DNA of 63,288 nt, the filler included, from Octopus bimaculoides (taxonomy: Eukaryota): NCBI RefSeq assembly GCF_001194135.2. It is 3 parts of 3 records of this genome, joined end to end, with 100 filler letters (N's around TTAATTAATTAA, not from the genome) between each part and the next. Parts side by side here need not be neighbours in the genome. Positions count along the whole stretch, not along the records: positions 21,735 to 50,500 come from NC_068998.1; positions 50,601 to 63,288 come from NC_069009.1; 1 more part is not named here. One strand, given 5' to 3'. Below the pieces are notes generated by a model. That model was not told the origin of the DNA. It made no database searches and worked only from the letters and a program-made list of their open reading frames with translations. Below, one piece after another: positions 43,641 through 56,000 of the stretch. Each line of letters begins with the position of its first letter. The first letter of the stretch is position 1. The translations under genes were made by a program, and so were the position numbers.

Positions 43641-44167
43641 TTATTTATATTATCCCTAACAAAACCAACTAACAAATGTTCTAAATAATGTGATGTGTGT
43701 GTNNNNNNNNNNNNNNNNNNNNNNNNNNNNNNNNNNNNNNNNNNNNNNNNNNNNNNNNNNNNNNNNNNNNNNNNNNNNNNNNNNNNNNNNNNNNNNNNNN
43801 NNNNNNNNNNNNNNNNNNNNNNNNNNNNNNNNNNNNNNNNNNNNNNNNNNNNNNNNNNNNNNNNNNNNNNNNNNNNNNNNNNNNNNNNNNNNNNNNNNNN
43901 NNNNNNNNNNNNNNNNNNNNNNNNNNNNNNNNNNNNNNNNNNNNCTTAGAAAAGGTGACAATTGTCTAACAAACAATGTATTTTTCATAAATGTTATCGC
44001 TTATGACTGCACCCACACTGCTACCTTTTGAGGACTTTACACCAGTTTCACATTCAAACGCTTCAGTAAAAAAATGCAATTTCAAAAGGAATTACCTTTT
44101 ACATAGATTTCTTTTCCTATAAACTCTCAATATTCTTATAGTGTTTTCAAAATAACCATGTAATTTC

Positions 44168-44216
<49 letters not shown>

Positions 44217-45602
44217 CATTATTATTATTATCATTATCATTACTACTACTGCTGCTGCTGCTGCAACTGCTTCTGCTGCTGTTGCTGGTGCTACGTTAAT
44301 ATTATCTTTATTTTACGTGCATTATTTTTTATTCTGTCACTGGTTTTGTCAATAATATACCGAAGCAAGTATTGTCAAAGAAGATAATAGCTTAACAATT
44401 TTTATTTATCGCATGGGTGAGTATTCCTTCTTCTTTTTTCCTGTAGCTACTCTCCCTTACAGAATTTATAATCGTATGCACAAACACAGACACAAACGCA
44501 TGTGTGTGTGTGTGTGTGCACGCGCGCATAAATGTTTTATTTTATCGACCCCCGAAAGAATGGAAAGCAAAATCAACCTCGGCAGAATTTGAACTCAGAA
44601 TACTAAGACAAAAGAAATACCACTAAACGGTTCTGCCCGCTCGTCGTCTTAGCTGCCGAGATCGACTTTGACTTTCAACCGTTCGGCATAAGGGGTACCA
44701 ACTGAGCACTGGAGTCGATGCAATAGATTCACCTCTTCTCTAAAATTGGTGGCCTTGTGCCAAATTTTGAAACTAATATAAGAAATTATTTGGGACTGAG
44801 CTGGGAGAATCGCCATCGCATCGGACTGAATATCTTTCTTCGTTTTAGAATCGATAAAACATAGTATCATTCAAGTAGTATAATCTATGTTATCGGCTAT
44901 ACCCCTTCTCTTAATTTTACTGGAATTTTCCAGCAAGTTGAAACAGATATAAATCATTATGCAGCTTTAGTTTCTGTCCTGCAAAAATGGATACAAATAA
45001 ATACTTGAGTCGCTACAATTGGCTACCCCACAGAGTGTAGCAAAATATGACTGAAGAGAACAAGAGTTTGGGAATCTTCTTAGGGATTTTAATGTAGCGG
45101 TTGCCGTTCTCCATGAACTGAGCTCGTAAATCTGTTTAACAAATTAAATTAACTCTGCCAGTTATATAATTTGAGTTAAAATTTATTGTTTAATAGCAAC
45201 GTTAATCAATTTCAGCAAGAATATAAAAATGAAGTTACGAGTTAGACATGTCAACTATCTGAACGATTTCTACAAATATCTGTAATGTGTTCAGTATTAT
45301 CAACCAAATATGGCGAATGAACAAAATAGTGACTGTATTTTAGGATGAATTGGCAGCTGTGAGAGCGTTAGAAGAAATACCTCGCTGTTTTAGTTCCGCT
45401 TGTCTGCGGTCTGAGTTCAAATCTCGCTGAAGTCAGCTTTGCGTATCATCATTTCGGCGTCGATAAATGAGAAGACATTCCAGTACTGAGTGCAATTTTT
45501 ATCAATCTCGCCTATCCACCCACCCACCCTCTCTCTCTGTATATATATATATATATATATATTTCACATAGATATAGACACAAGAGCATGTGTAAGTGTG
45601 TG

Positions 45603-45830
45603 TAGTGAGGGCGCACGGCCTTGAGGCTGGAGCATTCGGTTCCCACTCGCAAGATCGGGAGTTCGATATCCGGCGGTGCGTTGTGTCATTGAGCAAAGAC
45701 CCTTAATTTCATGTTGCTCCAGTTCATTCAGCTAGGAAAATGAATTTTACCCGTATTGTAAGGGGTCAGCTTTGTCCCATTCTGTATCACGCTGAATCTC
45801 TCTCAGAACTTAGTTAATCACATCGACCCG
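45603..45830 (+). mobile_element. tRNA-derived SINE, family C
   Basis: tRNA-like head with GAGTTCGATATCC, then TTGAGCAA...TTGCTCCAGTTCA.TCAGCT. Related copies at about 13130 (-), 60840 (+) and 61130 (+). Confidence 0.75.
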
Positions 45831-48196
45831 TCCAATATTTCACGGGTACTATATTTTATCACCACCCGAAGAATCAAAAAGCAAATTTGACCTCGGTGTA
45901 ATTTGAACTCGTAACGTAAAGAACCACAATAAATACCTTAATGCGAATAGTCTAACACTAACGACATTACCATTTCAAGGCCCGTCAGAGAATATTTGAT
46001 ATTCAGTTTAAACATTAATTTGGTAAATGCCAGTCAGCAATCTCCCAAGTGATACTTAAATCACAATATCATCAATTTCCCATAAGCGAACATAGATTGA
46101 TTTTATAGCTCTTAATTGATCTAATTAATTAATTTGAATAATCTCGTTGACGATGATAATTACTTTAATAAACCAAGGAAGGCGTCAATTCCTTTCGTAT
46201 CCTTCTCAGATCACTTCGTTTAGTTTTAATAATCAAAGAACACGTTAGATAATGTAGTTTTAGATGTACTTCTTAAAACAGTCTAAGTTCACGGTTGGAA
46301 TTACCATAGATCATAGATCAGTTTGATAACGAAAGCTCTAGGGTTAATCAACAAACATAATATTATGTTTGAATATTTCAAAAGTTTAGAGAAGTGTAAC
46401 TCGTAAATAGTTGTGTATTTGCTGGGGAGTGGCAGACGAGTTTTACAAAAGGTTAATTCAGTGACTTGTCTTTTATTCAGTCGTAAATCAACACGTTTTT
46501 CTGACAGCCAAGTGACAAATTCTCCTCTCGTTCATTCAAACATTTCGATAAAGTTTATCTTGAATGAGTAATTCTACAGCAATGTACACTCACTGTATGC
46601 TCTCTCCTTCTTTTTCTCTATTCCTCTGAAAATACTGACTCCAACTGAAATACAAATTGACTTGAGAGTAGATTTTCTGTGAGAATCAGAAGATAAGATT
46701 AACAAGATTAAAGTACAAGAGTCGAAGGAGTGTATTAATTAGAGAACGCTGAATATATGAAATGGAGATGTAATCTGATAATGTTTAGAAATGAGAGGTA
46801 ATGTTAAAGATGGTGGCAAAAAAGAAAAAGAAAGGAAAAGGTAAAGAATAAGATAAAATGAAAGAGCTGACGACATCGAGAAGGAATGCAAGAAGTATAA
46901 GTGCATTTGTGAATAACACTTGTTTAAACAATCAGCAAGATGTTGAAATGATTATATCGACAGGTTTGGCATGGCAAATAATTGCGCGTTCGTGAAGGCT
47001 TTCTGTGAAAGAGAAATAGAAATAATACAGTTCGTTTAACAACTTCCAATTACAATGAAAATATTAATTAAGATCTTACTCTTAGATTTTTAGTAAATCG
47101 GGTTTCTTAGTCAACTACGATTTCATTTTTAAAAGTTTTAAAGGGAATACTAAATTATGTATGAATAGAAAAGCCTTAGAATACTTTACTTCCGTTGCTA
47201 TCGCATATTGTTATCTGTGTTTCACACTATTATGCAATACAACACTCTAGTTCTGCCATCGCAGTTTCGAATCTTGTATTAACCTTTTCCATACCAACCT
47301 GCCTGAAACAATCGTTGATTCTATGATAGACATTTCTTGAATTAATGTGACCTAAATCGAAGGCTTTTTTTATTATTAAGGAGAGGGTTTCACAAGAGCG
47401 ATACCAGAATGCACAACATTTGAATGACGCTGTTTTGGTAACCTTTGCAACAATCACCAAAGCACAAATTCGTAAAATATAACACAGGACATGGCGCCGC
47501 ATGTAAAATATTACAAAGGACATGTAAAATATTACAAAGAACATGTAAAATAGCACACAGGACATGGCGCCGCAATTGTAAGCCGAAACGATCGTTGTGA
47601 CGAAAGAAAGTTTCCAGGAGAATCTGTCTTCCGTATAATTCATTTAGCATATATATATATTACTGAGTTCAAGTCTTGCATCAGTCAGCATTCGCTTTAT
47701 ATGTGTGTGTGTGTGTGATTGTGTATGAAAGAGAGAGGATGTCAGTGTCTGTGCTTACTGCTGTATAAGACAAGACTTTGAGTTACATCGCTTCATACCG
47801 AAAAGTAAAACCATTCTGAATATTGAAATCAATACAAAAACAAAGATGACTAAACCAAATCCAGTCCTGCTGCTGTCACTATACAGTCATATAAAATAAA
47901 TACGACAATATATATTTATATCTAACGATATAAATCTATTTTATGTTTATTTTTCACAAATAAATCTATCATTAGTATATTTTTATATTAAATTTAGGTT
48001 TCTCTCTTTCCGCAAATTGTTTAAGTTTTATTGCAAGAAAATAAAGATGTCACTTTTATGACTACAATGGATTCATTGGCGATATTCTGTGCAGGATGAA
48101 GTTGCCGAGCTGGAAGAATTGTTAGTGTGCCGGATAAAATGGTTTCTTTATGTTCTGTGTTCAAGTTTCGCCGAGGTTAATTTNNNNNNNNNNNNN

Positions 48197-48234
<38 letters not shown>

Positions 48235-50289
48235 CAAATAAAGCTCTTATTCTGTAATTGAGGTTGCTTTGAAAGCTGTACCGATAATGTAGGATAAATA
48301 TGATGATAATAATAATAATAATAACAATAATCCTTGGATAGAATTAAATAAAAATTTAATGCATCGCTACGCACGTTTCCACAAATTTAATGCATCGCTA
48401 CGGCTTCTGTCACTTTCCGTGTACCAAATCCACTCAAAAGGCTTTTGGTCGGCCCGAGTCTAAAGTAGAAGACACTTGCCCAACCCGAAATCATGTGGTT
48501 GGGAAGCAAGCTTCTTATCACACGGCCGCGCCTGTGCCTACAATGTGTAGGAAATGATAATACTGCTGGGAATATTCTGAAAGTGTTATGTTGGAATGCA
48601 TGACGGTAAAGCATAAGATTGATTTACCATCAAGTCAATATGGAAATCCCGTCAGAATCACGCTTTCTTAATTTGTTATTATTTATTTTCTATCTTATAT
48701 TGTGTAACTTGGTGTGTAACTTAGCAAAAGAGACCGATAGAATAAGTACTAAGCTTAAAAAAGAATATGTCCCGGGTCGATTTGTTCGACTAAAAGCGGT
48801 GCTCTAACATGGCCGCGGTCAAATGATTGAAATAAGTAAAAGAAAAAAAAAGAATATATGTCTTGATGAGTGGGTCTTGATCCCAAACTAATGTGGTTGA
48901 AATGGAAACCTCTTACCACATAGCCACCCCTGTCTGTTACTTTCTGAATTTGTCTTGGTGCGCTGATGTCAGTTTTGTATATAACAGCATAAGTTGGAAA
49001 GCCAAGTTCCATCGCTTTAAATGTTTATGTGACTTAGCCCTTCAGAAAACGATAGCAGACGAAGTAATCGTCAAAGAGAAATCTTGAACCTTCTACCTAA
49101 ATAAATGCAACTGAAGAATACTGAACGAAAGTGGTGAAATAACGAAACATTCTCAATCGATATTTAGTTTTGCTTTTCTCATACACTTTTGTCGTTAATG
49201 AAATTTATATTAAATTTATATATCTAACATTACGCAAGTTGTTGAGATTTTATGGAAGTAAATAAAATTATCACTTTTATTGCTACAATAGATACAATAT
49301 CTGTGTTTTATGTGAGTTGCAGTGGTTTATATCTTTGAATATATGGGACAAATGTATATATCAGAAACAAATTATAGATGTTATAGGAAAAACCTGAAAA
49401 CTATGAAAACTGTTGAGAGTCTGTGTCGATAACAAAGGATGATGGTAATAGTAAATCTCATTGAGAATAAATTGGGATAACCTATGGAGTAGAAGAAGAT
49501 GACATTTCGCTGTATATTCTTTCGCCAGAGTTTAATTTGCAAGTAAAAGGTTTAGCGTGAGATGCGAAGGTTTCCACTACTCACATGAGTCTAGAATTCA
49601 TAGCAGGAACTGTACAAGTTGCGTACTGGGGTCGATCTAATCAACTGGCCCCTTGCCCCAAAACTTCGGACCTTTTGTCAAGAGTAGAAAAGATTATGAT
49701 ATGTCTTTCTGGCTAATTTGACAGAGATTCCGCTGTGATTTCTAACAGTTCATGTTATCATATAAAGGCACTTATATTTGTAAATATCTGTGCGCAGGTT
49801 AGTAATATTTGAGGCAGTCGATGAAGTTTGAAAAATAATTTTATCAATAATATTAACGTAACATTTCCTGAAATTATCTTAACCGAAACAACATTGTTCC
49901 AGGTTCAGACCCACTGCTCGTCACTTTGGGTGAGTGTCTTCTACAATAGCTCTGGGTCAACCGAAACCTTGTGAAGGAATTTGGTTGGCGGAAACTGAAA
50001 GAAGCTCGTCGCGTCAGGGATGCAATTGAAGGAAGTATGTAAGCTTCAAGCAGTCTGTGGCATTTACAGAAAACAAAAGGTGGACAGTGTGCAATTTAGT
50101 GGTGTCCAAGATTATATTCTTTTCTCTAAATTATGAGGAAATTTGGTAAGCTGAAAGTTTCTCTGTAGCTCATGGTTAGCAGCTAGAATTACTATGGATG
50201 CGAAACAAAATAATCTGAATTAAGGGAGTGGAACGGATACAATGCAGACTACACATGTCAGCCAAGAAGCATATGTAGCCTGCACAAGG

Positions 50290-50480
50290 CCCGAAGTTTT
50301 GGGGAGGGGACTAGTCGCTTACATCGACTCCAGAATTTCACTGGTACTTAGTTTATCAACCCCGAAAGGATGAAAGGCAAAGTCGACCTCGGTGGCATTT
50401 GAACTCAGAACATAGCGACGGGCGAAATACCGCTAAGCATTTCGTCCACCGTGCTAACGACTCTGCCAGTTCGCCGCCGG
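50290..50480 (-). mobile_element. tRNA-derived SINE, family B
   Basis: GAAAGGATGAAAGGCAAAGTCGACCTCGG...GAACTCAGAAC. Related copies near 3180, 3400, 3660, 4420, 9280, 9420, 10860, 29085, 31435 and 44530. Confidence 0.82.
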
Positions 50481-50500
50481 CGTGTGTGTGTGTGTGTGTG

Positions 50501-50600
50501 NNNNNNNNNNNNNNNNNNNNNNNNNNNNNNNNNNNNNNNNNNNNTTAATTAATTAANNNNNNNNNNNNNNNNNNNNNNNNNNNNNNNNNNNNNNNNNNNN
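50501..50600. other. Assembly pad: N44-TTAATTAATTAA-N44
   Basis: Same construct as 21635-21734. Confidence 0.95.
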
Positions 50601-51126
50601 AAATTGCTAGACTTCCCAAATCCGTGGCCAGCTCCCAGTATCCCTTCCATCTTTCATCTATCTCATATATTTTATTTGGAGGCCTGATCTTATGTCCTTT
50701 TCCCTCCTTCTGGAAGTATATTTTCCTGCGCTTTTCCACTTTGGGGTACTCAGATTAAATGATGTATCGGGGGCTTCACTTTTACAACAGTGCCTCCTTC
50801 TCGTTGTGTTCCTTTCCTGGTCATTCATTTGTATTTGGTTCTTTTAGTGCTTTTTCCTTTATTTTCCACATTGTGGCCTGTCGTGATAACACAAAACATC
50901 ATTTACGCACAAATATTGATGACACAACACTATTAAATGGTAATTAACTAACATCCAGAAATATGAGTTTCACATCCTGTCTAGCAATTCTCTTGCCCAA
51001 AATATAAACAACTATACAGCTGATCTAAGAGGGGGCAAGTGTTGGGGTACGGTTTCCCATAACATACCAGTAAGTTTATTTGTGGTAAATTTTGTACAGA
51101 GTCAAAACCCATGGCTGAAAACCAAA

Positions 51127-52075
51127 AAAGGCACTGTTATACCATCAAATTTAAACTAGATGTCGTATAATAAGCAAAAGACCATGGTAATAGGGCAGCT
51201 GCTCTGTATTTGGGTCCACCACCAACGGAGAAAATGGTAAGGACTTAGAGGAAACAAGAACAGCTGAAAGCTGCTAAACGTAACAAACACTGCCTCCATA
51301 GGGGAGTTATAAAGTGGACTGAACTAGAAGAAGAGTTAAAACATGGGTTTTAGACCAAAGAAGATTGGGCTAATCACTAAAATGATTATGTACTATTCAA
51401 GGCTTATAGCAATGGATAGAGATATTAATGATTTTAAAGGGTCCACATCATGGTGTTCCAGATTTATGAGGAGAAATAACTTCTGTATGAGGGCGAGAAC
51501 AAGAATAGCACAAAAAATGCTCCCTGAATACGAAAATCAAATACTTAAGTTTCACAGGTGTGTCGTTGGTGCAAGAATAGCAATTAATTTTGAACTTTCT
51601 CAGATAGCAAATATGGATGAAATTTCTTTGACATTTGATGTGCCATCAATCAAGATGGTAGAATCCAAGGGTGCTAAAACTGTGACTGTTAAAACATGTG
51701 GCCATGTCACCTTTTTTAATTTTTAAAAGAAAAACATTGCCTAAATAAAGGATACCCAATGGTATTTATGTTTATATCTATCCTAAATGTTGGATGGATG
51801 AGGAAGAATAAAATTGTGGCTTGATAAAAGTGTGGTCCAGGTGTCCTGGTGGGCTATTAAAGAAACCTGCCTTGTTAGTTTTGGGGCCCATAGAACTGAG
51901 CTTGTTNNNNNNNNNNNNNNNNNNNNNNNNNNNNNNNNNNNNNNNNNNNNNNNNNNNNNNNNNNNNNNNNNNNNNNNNNNNNNNNNNNNNNNNNNNNNNN
52001 NNNNNNGTTTCGTTAATGAAAAATGTGGCCCCCGTTTTAAAAAAGATCCCAGAAGTGTTTTATAAATCGATAGGG
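51127..52075 (+). mobile_element. pogo/Tigger-type (POGK-like) transposase relic
   Basis: Brinker-like HTH remnant (HGNRAAA...PPPTEKMVR), CENP-B-type HTH segment (FKGSTSWCSRFMRRN), and DDE_1 start (IANMDEISLTFDVP). Frameshifted and interrupted by a 100-N gap. Confidence 0.88.
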
Positions 52076-52455
52076 AAAGATTAATATGTGGAAAACAGCG
52101 GAAAGGTGCTTTTTTTTTTTTTTTTTTAAGGCAGTGGTGAAGTTGAAGGTGGTAAAGGTAACTAATGTGGTGATTCGACTACGGTGGGTTGAATATACCA
52201 CCTGATAGTAAGATCGGTACCTGTAATTAACGTCTACAAAGTTTCCTGTGCATCGTGTTCAGTTGACAAGAAAGTATAGTGGAAACTGCTGTTGGACCTA
52301 AAATATCTGTGAGTTTTTGGGTTTTTTTTTTTCAACTCTCAGGCAAGTTTGCTTCCCAACCACATGCTTTCTGGCACCTTAGGTAAGTGTCTTCCACAAT
52401 AGCCTTGAGCCGACCAACACTTTGTGAGTAGATTTGGTAGATGGAAAATGCAGTG

Positions 52456-53074
52456 AATCTGCATCAAATTTTGCCAAACGCTTGGCAATACCTGCTCAGA
52501 GGCCTACAAAAAGTTTTGAAAATGTTTTCATCATTCTCAACACAATCAAGGATATTTTGTGCAACTGAAACCCAAGTGTCTTTTTGGTCAGCTGAAAGCA
52601 GTTTTGGCACAAACTTGGCAGACACGAGTCTCATACCCAAATCATCAGTAATAATGAACTGAGCCGTAACTAATCTGCACATCCTCTGATAATGCATGAA
52701 TGGTGATTTGATGATTTCCCCTCACAGCTGTGATGTTTTTCTCAGTTCTGCTGGTTGCAAGTCTCCCAGAACGTTTGTCGATATCGATATGTTTTTTGGC
52801 CATCTTGGAAACGTCTGAACAACTCATACACTCCTCCATACACTTTCTACAACTTTGCATAGGCCTCTGAACAACTTTCTCTGTCATGCAACTATCACAC
52901 ACTACACACCTTCCTTCCAAGCGCTGCTGTAAACAGCAGCAGTGAGCCAGAATGTTAAAATTTAATGTGCATGCACAGCAGACTTCAAGGTCAATCTGTG
53001 CCAAGCAGCTTTACTCTGCGTGCTTTTGCTTCGTTACTATGGCAACACTCCGGATACTTATTAATAAGACCTAG
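52456..53074 (-). mobile_element. Mariner transposase 5' relic with one TIR
   Basis: TA followed by CTAGGTCTTATTAATAAGTATCCGGA as terminus. Peptides RSGRLATSRTEKNITAVR, ISYGSV, DLGMRLVSAKFVPKLL. 3'-truncated. Confidence 0.85.
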
Positions 53075-53088
53075 TATATATATATACA

Positions 53089-56000
53089 CTAGCTGAATTA
53101 CCTGGTAATACCCAGAAAAGTGGGGGTTATTTCCTGTTCCTGTTCCCATTACACTGTTTCATGTCCTATCCCGTTCCCTATTTAGTTCCCATTTAAATTA
53201 CAAATAGATTTACAAATACAGTTGAATCATAAAATTAATTGATTGTAATGGTAAGGTAATATCAAAGTTGAATTGGTGGTTAGTTGGAAGGATGAGAGGA
53301 TTGACGATGGTTGATTATTATCAATTTTGAGGGTCTTCCCTGTTGCTGTCACATTGCGAAATTTTAAAATTACATTGAAATTTTTTCAAATTTGGTATAT
53401 TGAAATAATTTTCTATGTTAAATCAGATTTTGTTATTTATTTGCTCCAGAAAAATTGCAGTAAAATGTTACTAAGGTTTAAAGTTTAATCAATTTTACCT
53501 AATCAGAAAATAGGATTTGGAAGGATTTTCTGCATGATAGCTGTCTATCACGAAATGAAAGCAAAATCATTAGGAGGGGGAACTTTTATTAAACAAACAC
53601 AAGCAAAACATTACGACGACCAAAGTTGTAAGAACTTCTGAAGTTTTGAAAAGTTTTAATGAAGAAAGTCCTGTGAAACGGTCGAGCAGACATGTAAATA
53701 ATTTAAAAAGGAAAAAGGACATCAAGGAACCTTTTAATGAAACCTTGCATAAATCTGTCCTAATCAAGAGGCCGATCTGTCTGGGAAGGCATGGTCTGAC
53801 ATGGAATAAATAAAAATTTATAGAAGACATTCTAATGCAAAAATTGCCCAGCAATGATGAGCTATTCATCTATGGAAGAAAATGAAAGTCATTGTCTATA
53901 GTTTTGTTGTTTCGGTACGTTAGTAAAGTTTTAATAAATCTTCATATAGTGATTTGAAAACAAATTTAAAAGAACACTTTAGCTATCACCTGTTAGTTTT
54001 TCATTTGTTGTTGGACATATTGTAAAAGTCTTAACTGAGCATACAATAGTTAATTCACTAAAGTGTATGCGTTAAGTGACAGGTAAAAATTAAAGAACAA
54101 AGTATTAAAATTCGCTGTTTCCTTCAGTAAACACATTCTCTCTCTCTCTCGTTCTCTCTCTCACTCTCTGCCTCTCACATTCCCCGTCTCTTTACGACAG
54201 GCTTCTTTCAGTTTCACCATTAGTATTTATTGTTTCTGTCATCCAAATTATTTGATGATTCGCTAATGTGTATATATAAAATTAATATAAACAGCAGTTT
54301 GCAATGTTTCACCAAAAATGAGTCACTAAATGTGACCAGGGTGTTAGGAAACACCTACATTGCTAGAAAGAAGAGCTAAACCACTCTAATACTGTAGTTA
54401 ACGCACATGAATGAAAACATATACACTAACAGAACCACAATTGTCTGAAAAGTGCTGATAATTTTCGATCGGAACCATATATTGCCATCATCGTCATTTA
54501 ACTGGCAGGGATGCCGGTGTGGTTGTGTAGTAAGAATATATATTAGAGATATTTTCTTGGTCCACTTTGGATTGCTTTGATAATGTTGTGTTTGCATATA
54601 TTTTCAGATCGAAAGAATGGCTCTCATGTTCTTAGTTAGGCTCATTTTTGTTACATGTCTCCACAGATAGGAGGACATCAAGCACACTGTTAGCTCATCT
54701 GCTTTCGTGTCCTTTGGAATTACAGGCAAAGTCTGATGAAAGTCTCCTGAGAGTACAGTGGTAACCCCAACCATTAATAATTTAGAATTTCTTAAATCTT
54801 GCAAGCTTCAATTCAGAGCTTCCAAAGACCTTTTGTTGGCCATCATACATTCATCCCAAATAATGAGATGACATTTCTTTAGAATGTGTCCCAGATGTTT
54901 TGCTAATATTACAAACTCATGTCTCAATACTAGCTATAGTCAAGGGCAATTTGAAAGTAGAGTGAGTTGCTCTTCTTCCCAGGAGTAAAATAGCGGCAAT
55001 GCCTGAAGAAGCAACAGCCAAAGCTATTTTTTCTCATCACACTTTGGTAAGTAAAAGCTTAGTGACAAATGGTTTGCCAATTCCTGTGGGAGCATCAAAA
55101 AAAAAAAAAAAAAAGCCCACCCATTTGATCAAAAACCCTTTCTAGTATAGTATTATAGAATACTTTCTGTTCAGGCAACAATTTAGGTTCATTTTCACTT
55201 ACATATCTTGAGAGGTCTTCGATGTCATAGGAAGTCCCATTTAATAGATATTTTCTTAAACTATCAAGTTCAGAACGATTGGTATGAGGAAGTCCATGCA
55301 ATTTATTCCCTTTCATAGAAACAACTTTGTCTTCAATGATAATTAATGCAACATTGTAGATTTCGTCACTGTATTCTATTTTCATGTCAGGTATTGTAAC
55401 TAAATCTGGTATTTGTAATCTTCCACAAGATAATTTCTCTAGCTTAGCCATATTGACACTGGATCCCCTAAATTACAGTATTTAAGGAGAATGGGAAATG
55501 GTGTTCTTAAATTGCCTCCTGTGCAAGACACAGAAACCTCTGACATAACTGCCATCCAATGACTACCATCCTGTAACAAAGATAACATAAAAGCTACTTC
55601 TCTATTCAAAGCACAAACATCAACAGTTCAAAGGTCGATAAAAGATGTGGGACCATGAATTTCATGGAGAAGCAAACGTAAGTAAAAACATTCCCACTGA
55701 GTTGGATGCACAGAACAAACTCTTCCCAGAACATTGTCGAATCGGATATCAGGATAACCATCAACCTCAGTGCCTCTTTTTTTGCGAGTCCATTGTTTGT
55801 TGTTCCATGATGATATTATGGTAATATGAGGGTTTCAGTGAAAGAGTCTTTCTGGCAATGTTTATAAAATGCTGTTAATGTAGTTTTTCTTGGAGCTAGA
55901 GATTGCTGAGCAGCAGTTTCTGTAGTGAAATATATTATTTGCCCATTCTCTAAATGAACAGAGAGTTGTTTCACTGGAGGATATCATTCATGAATAGGGG

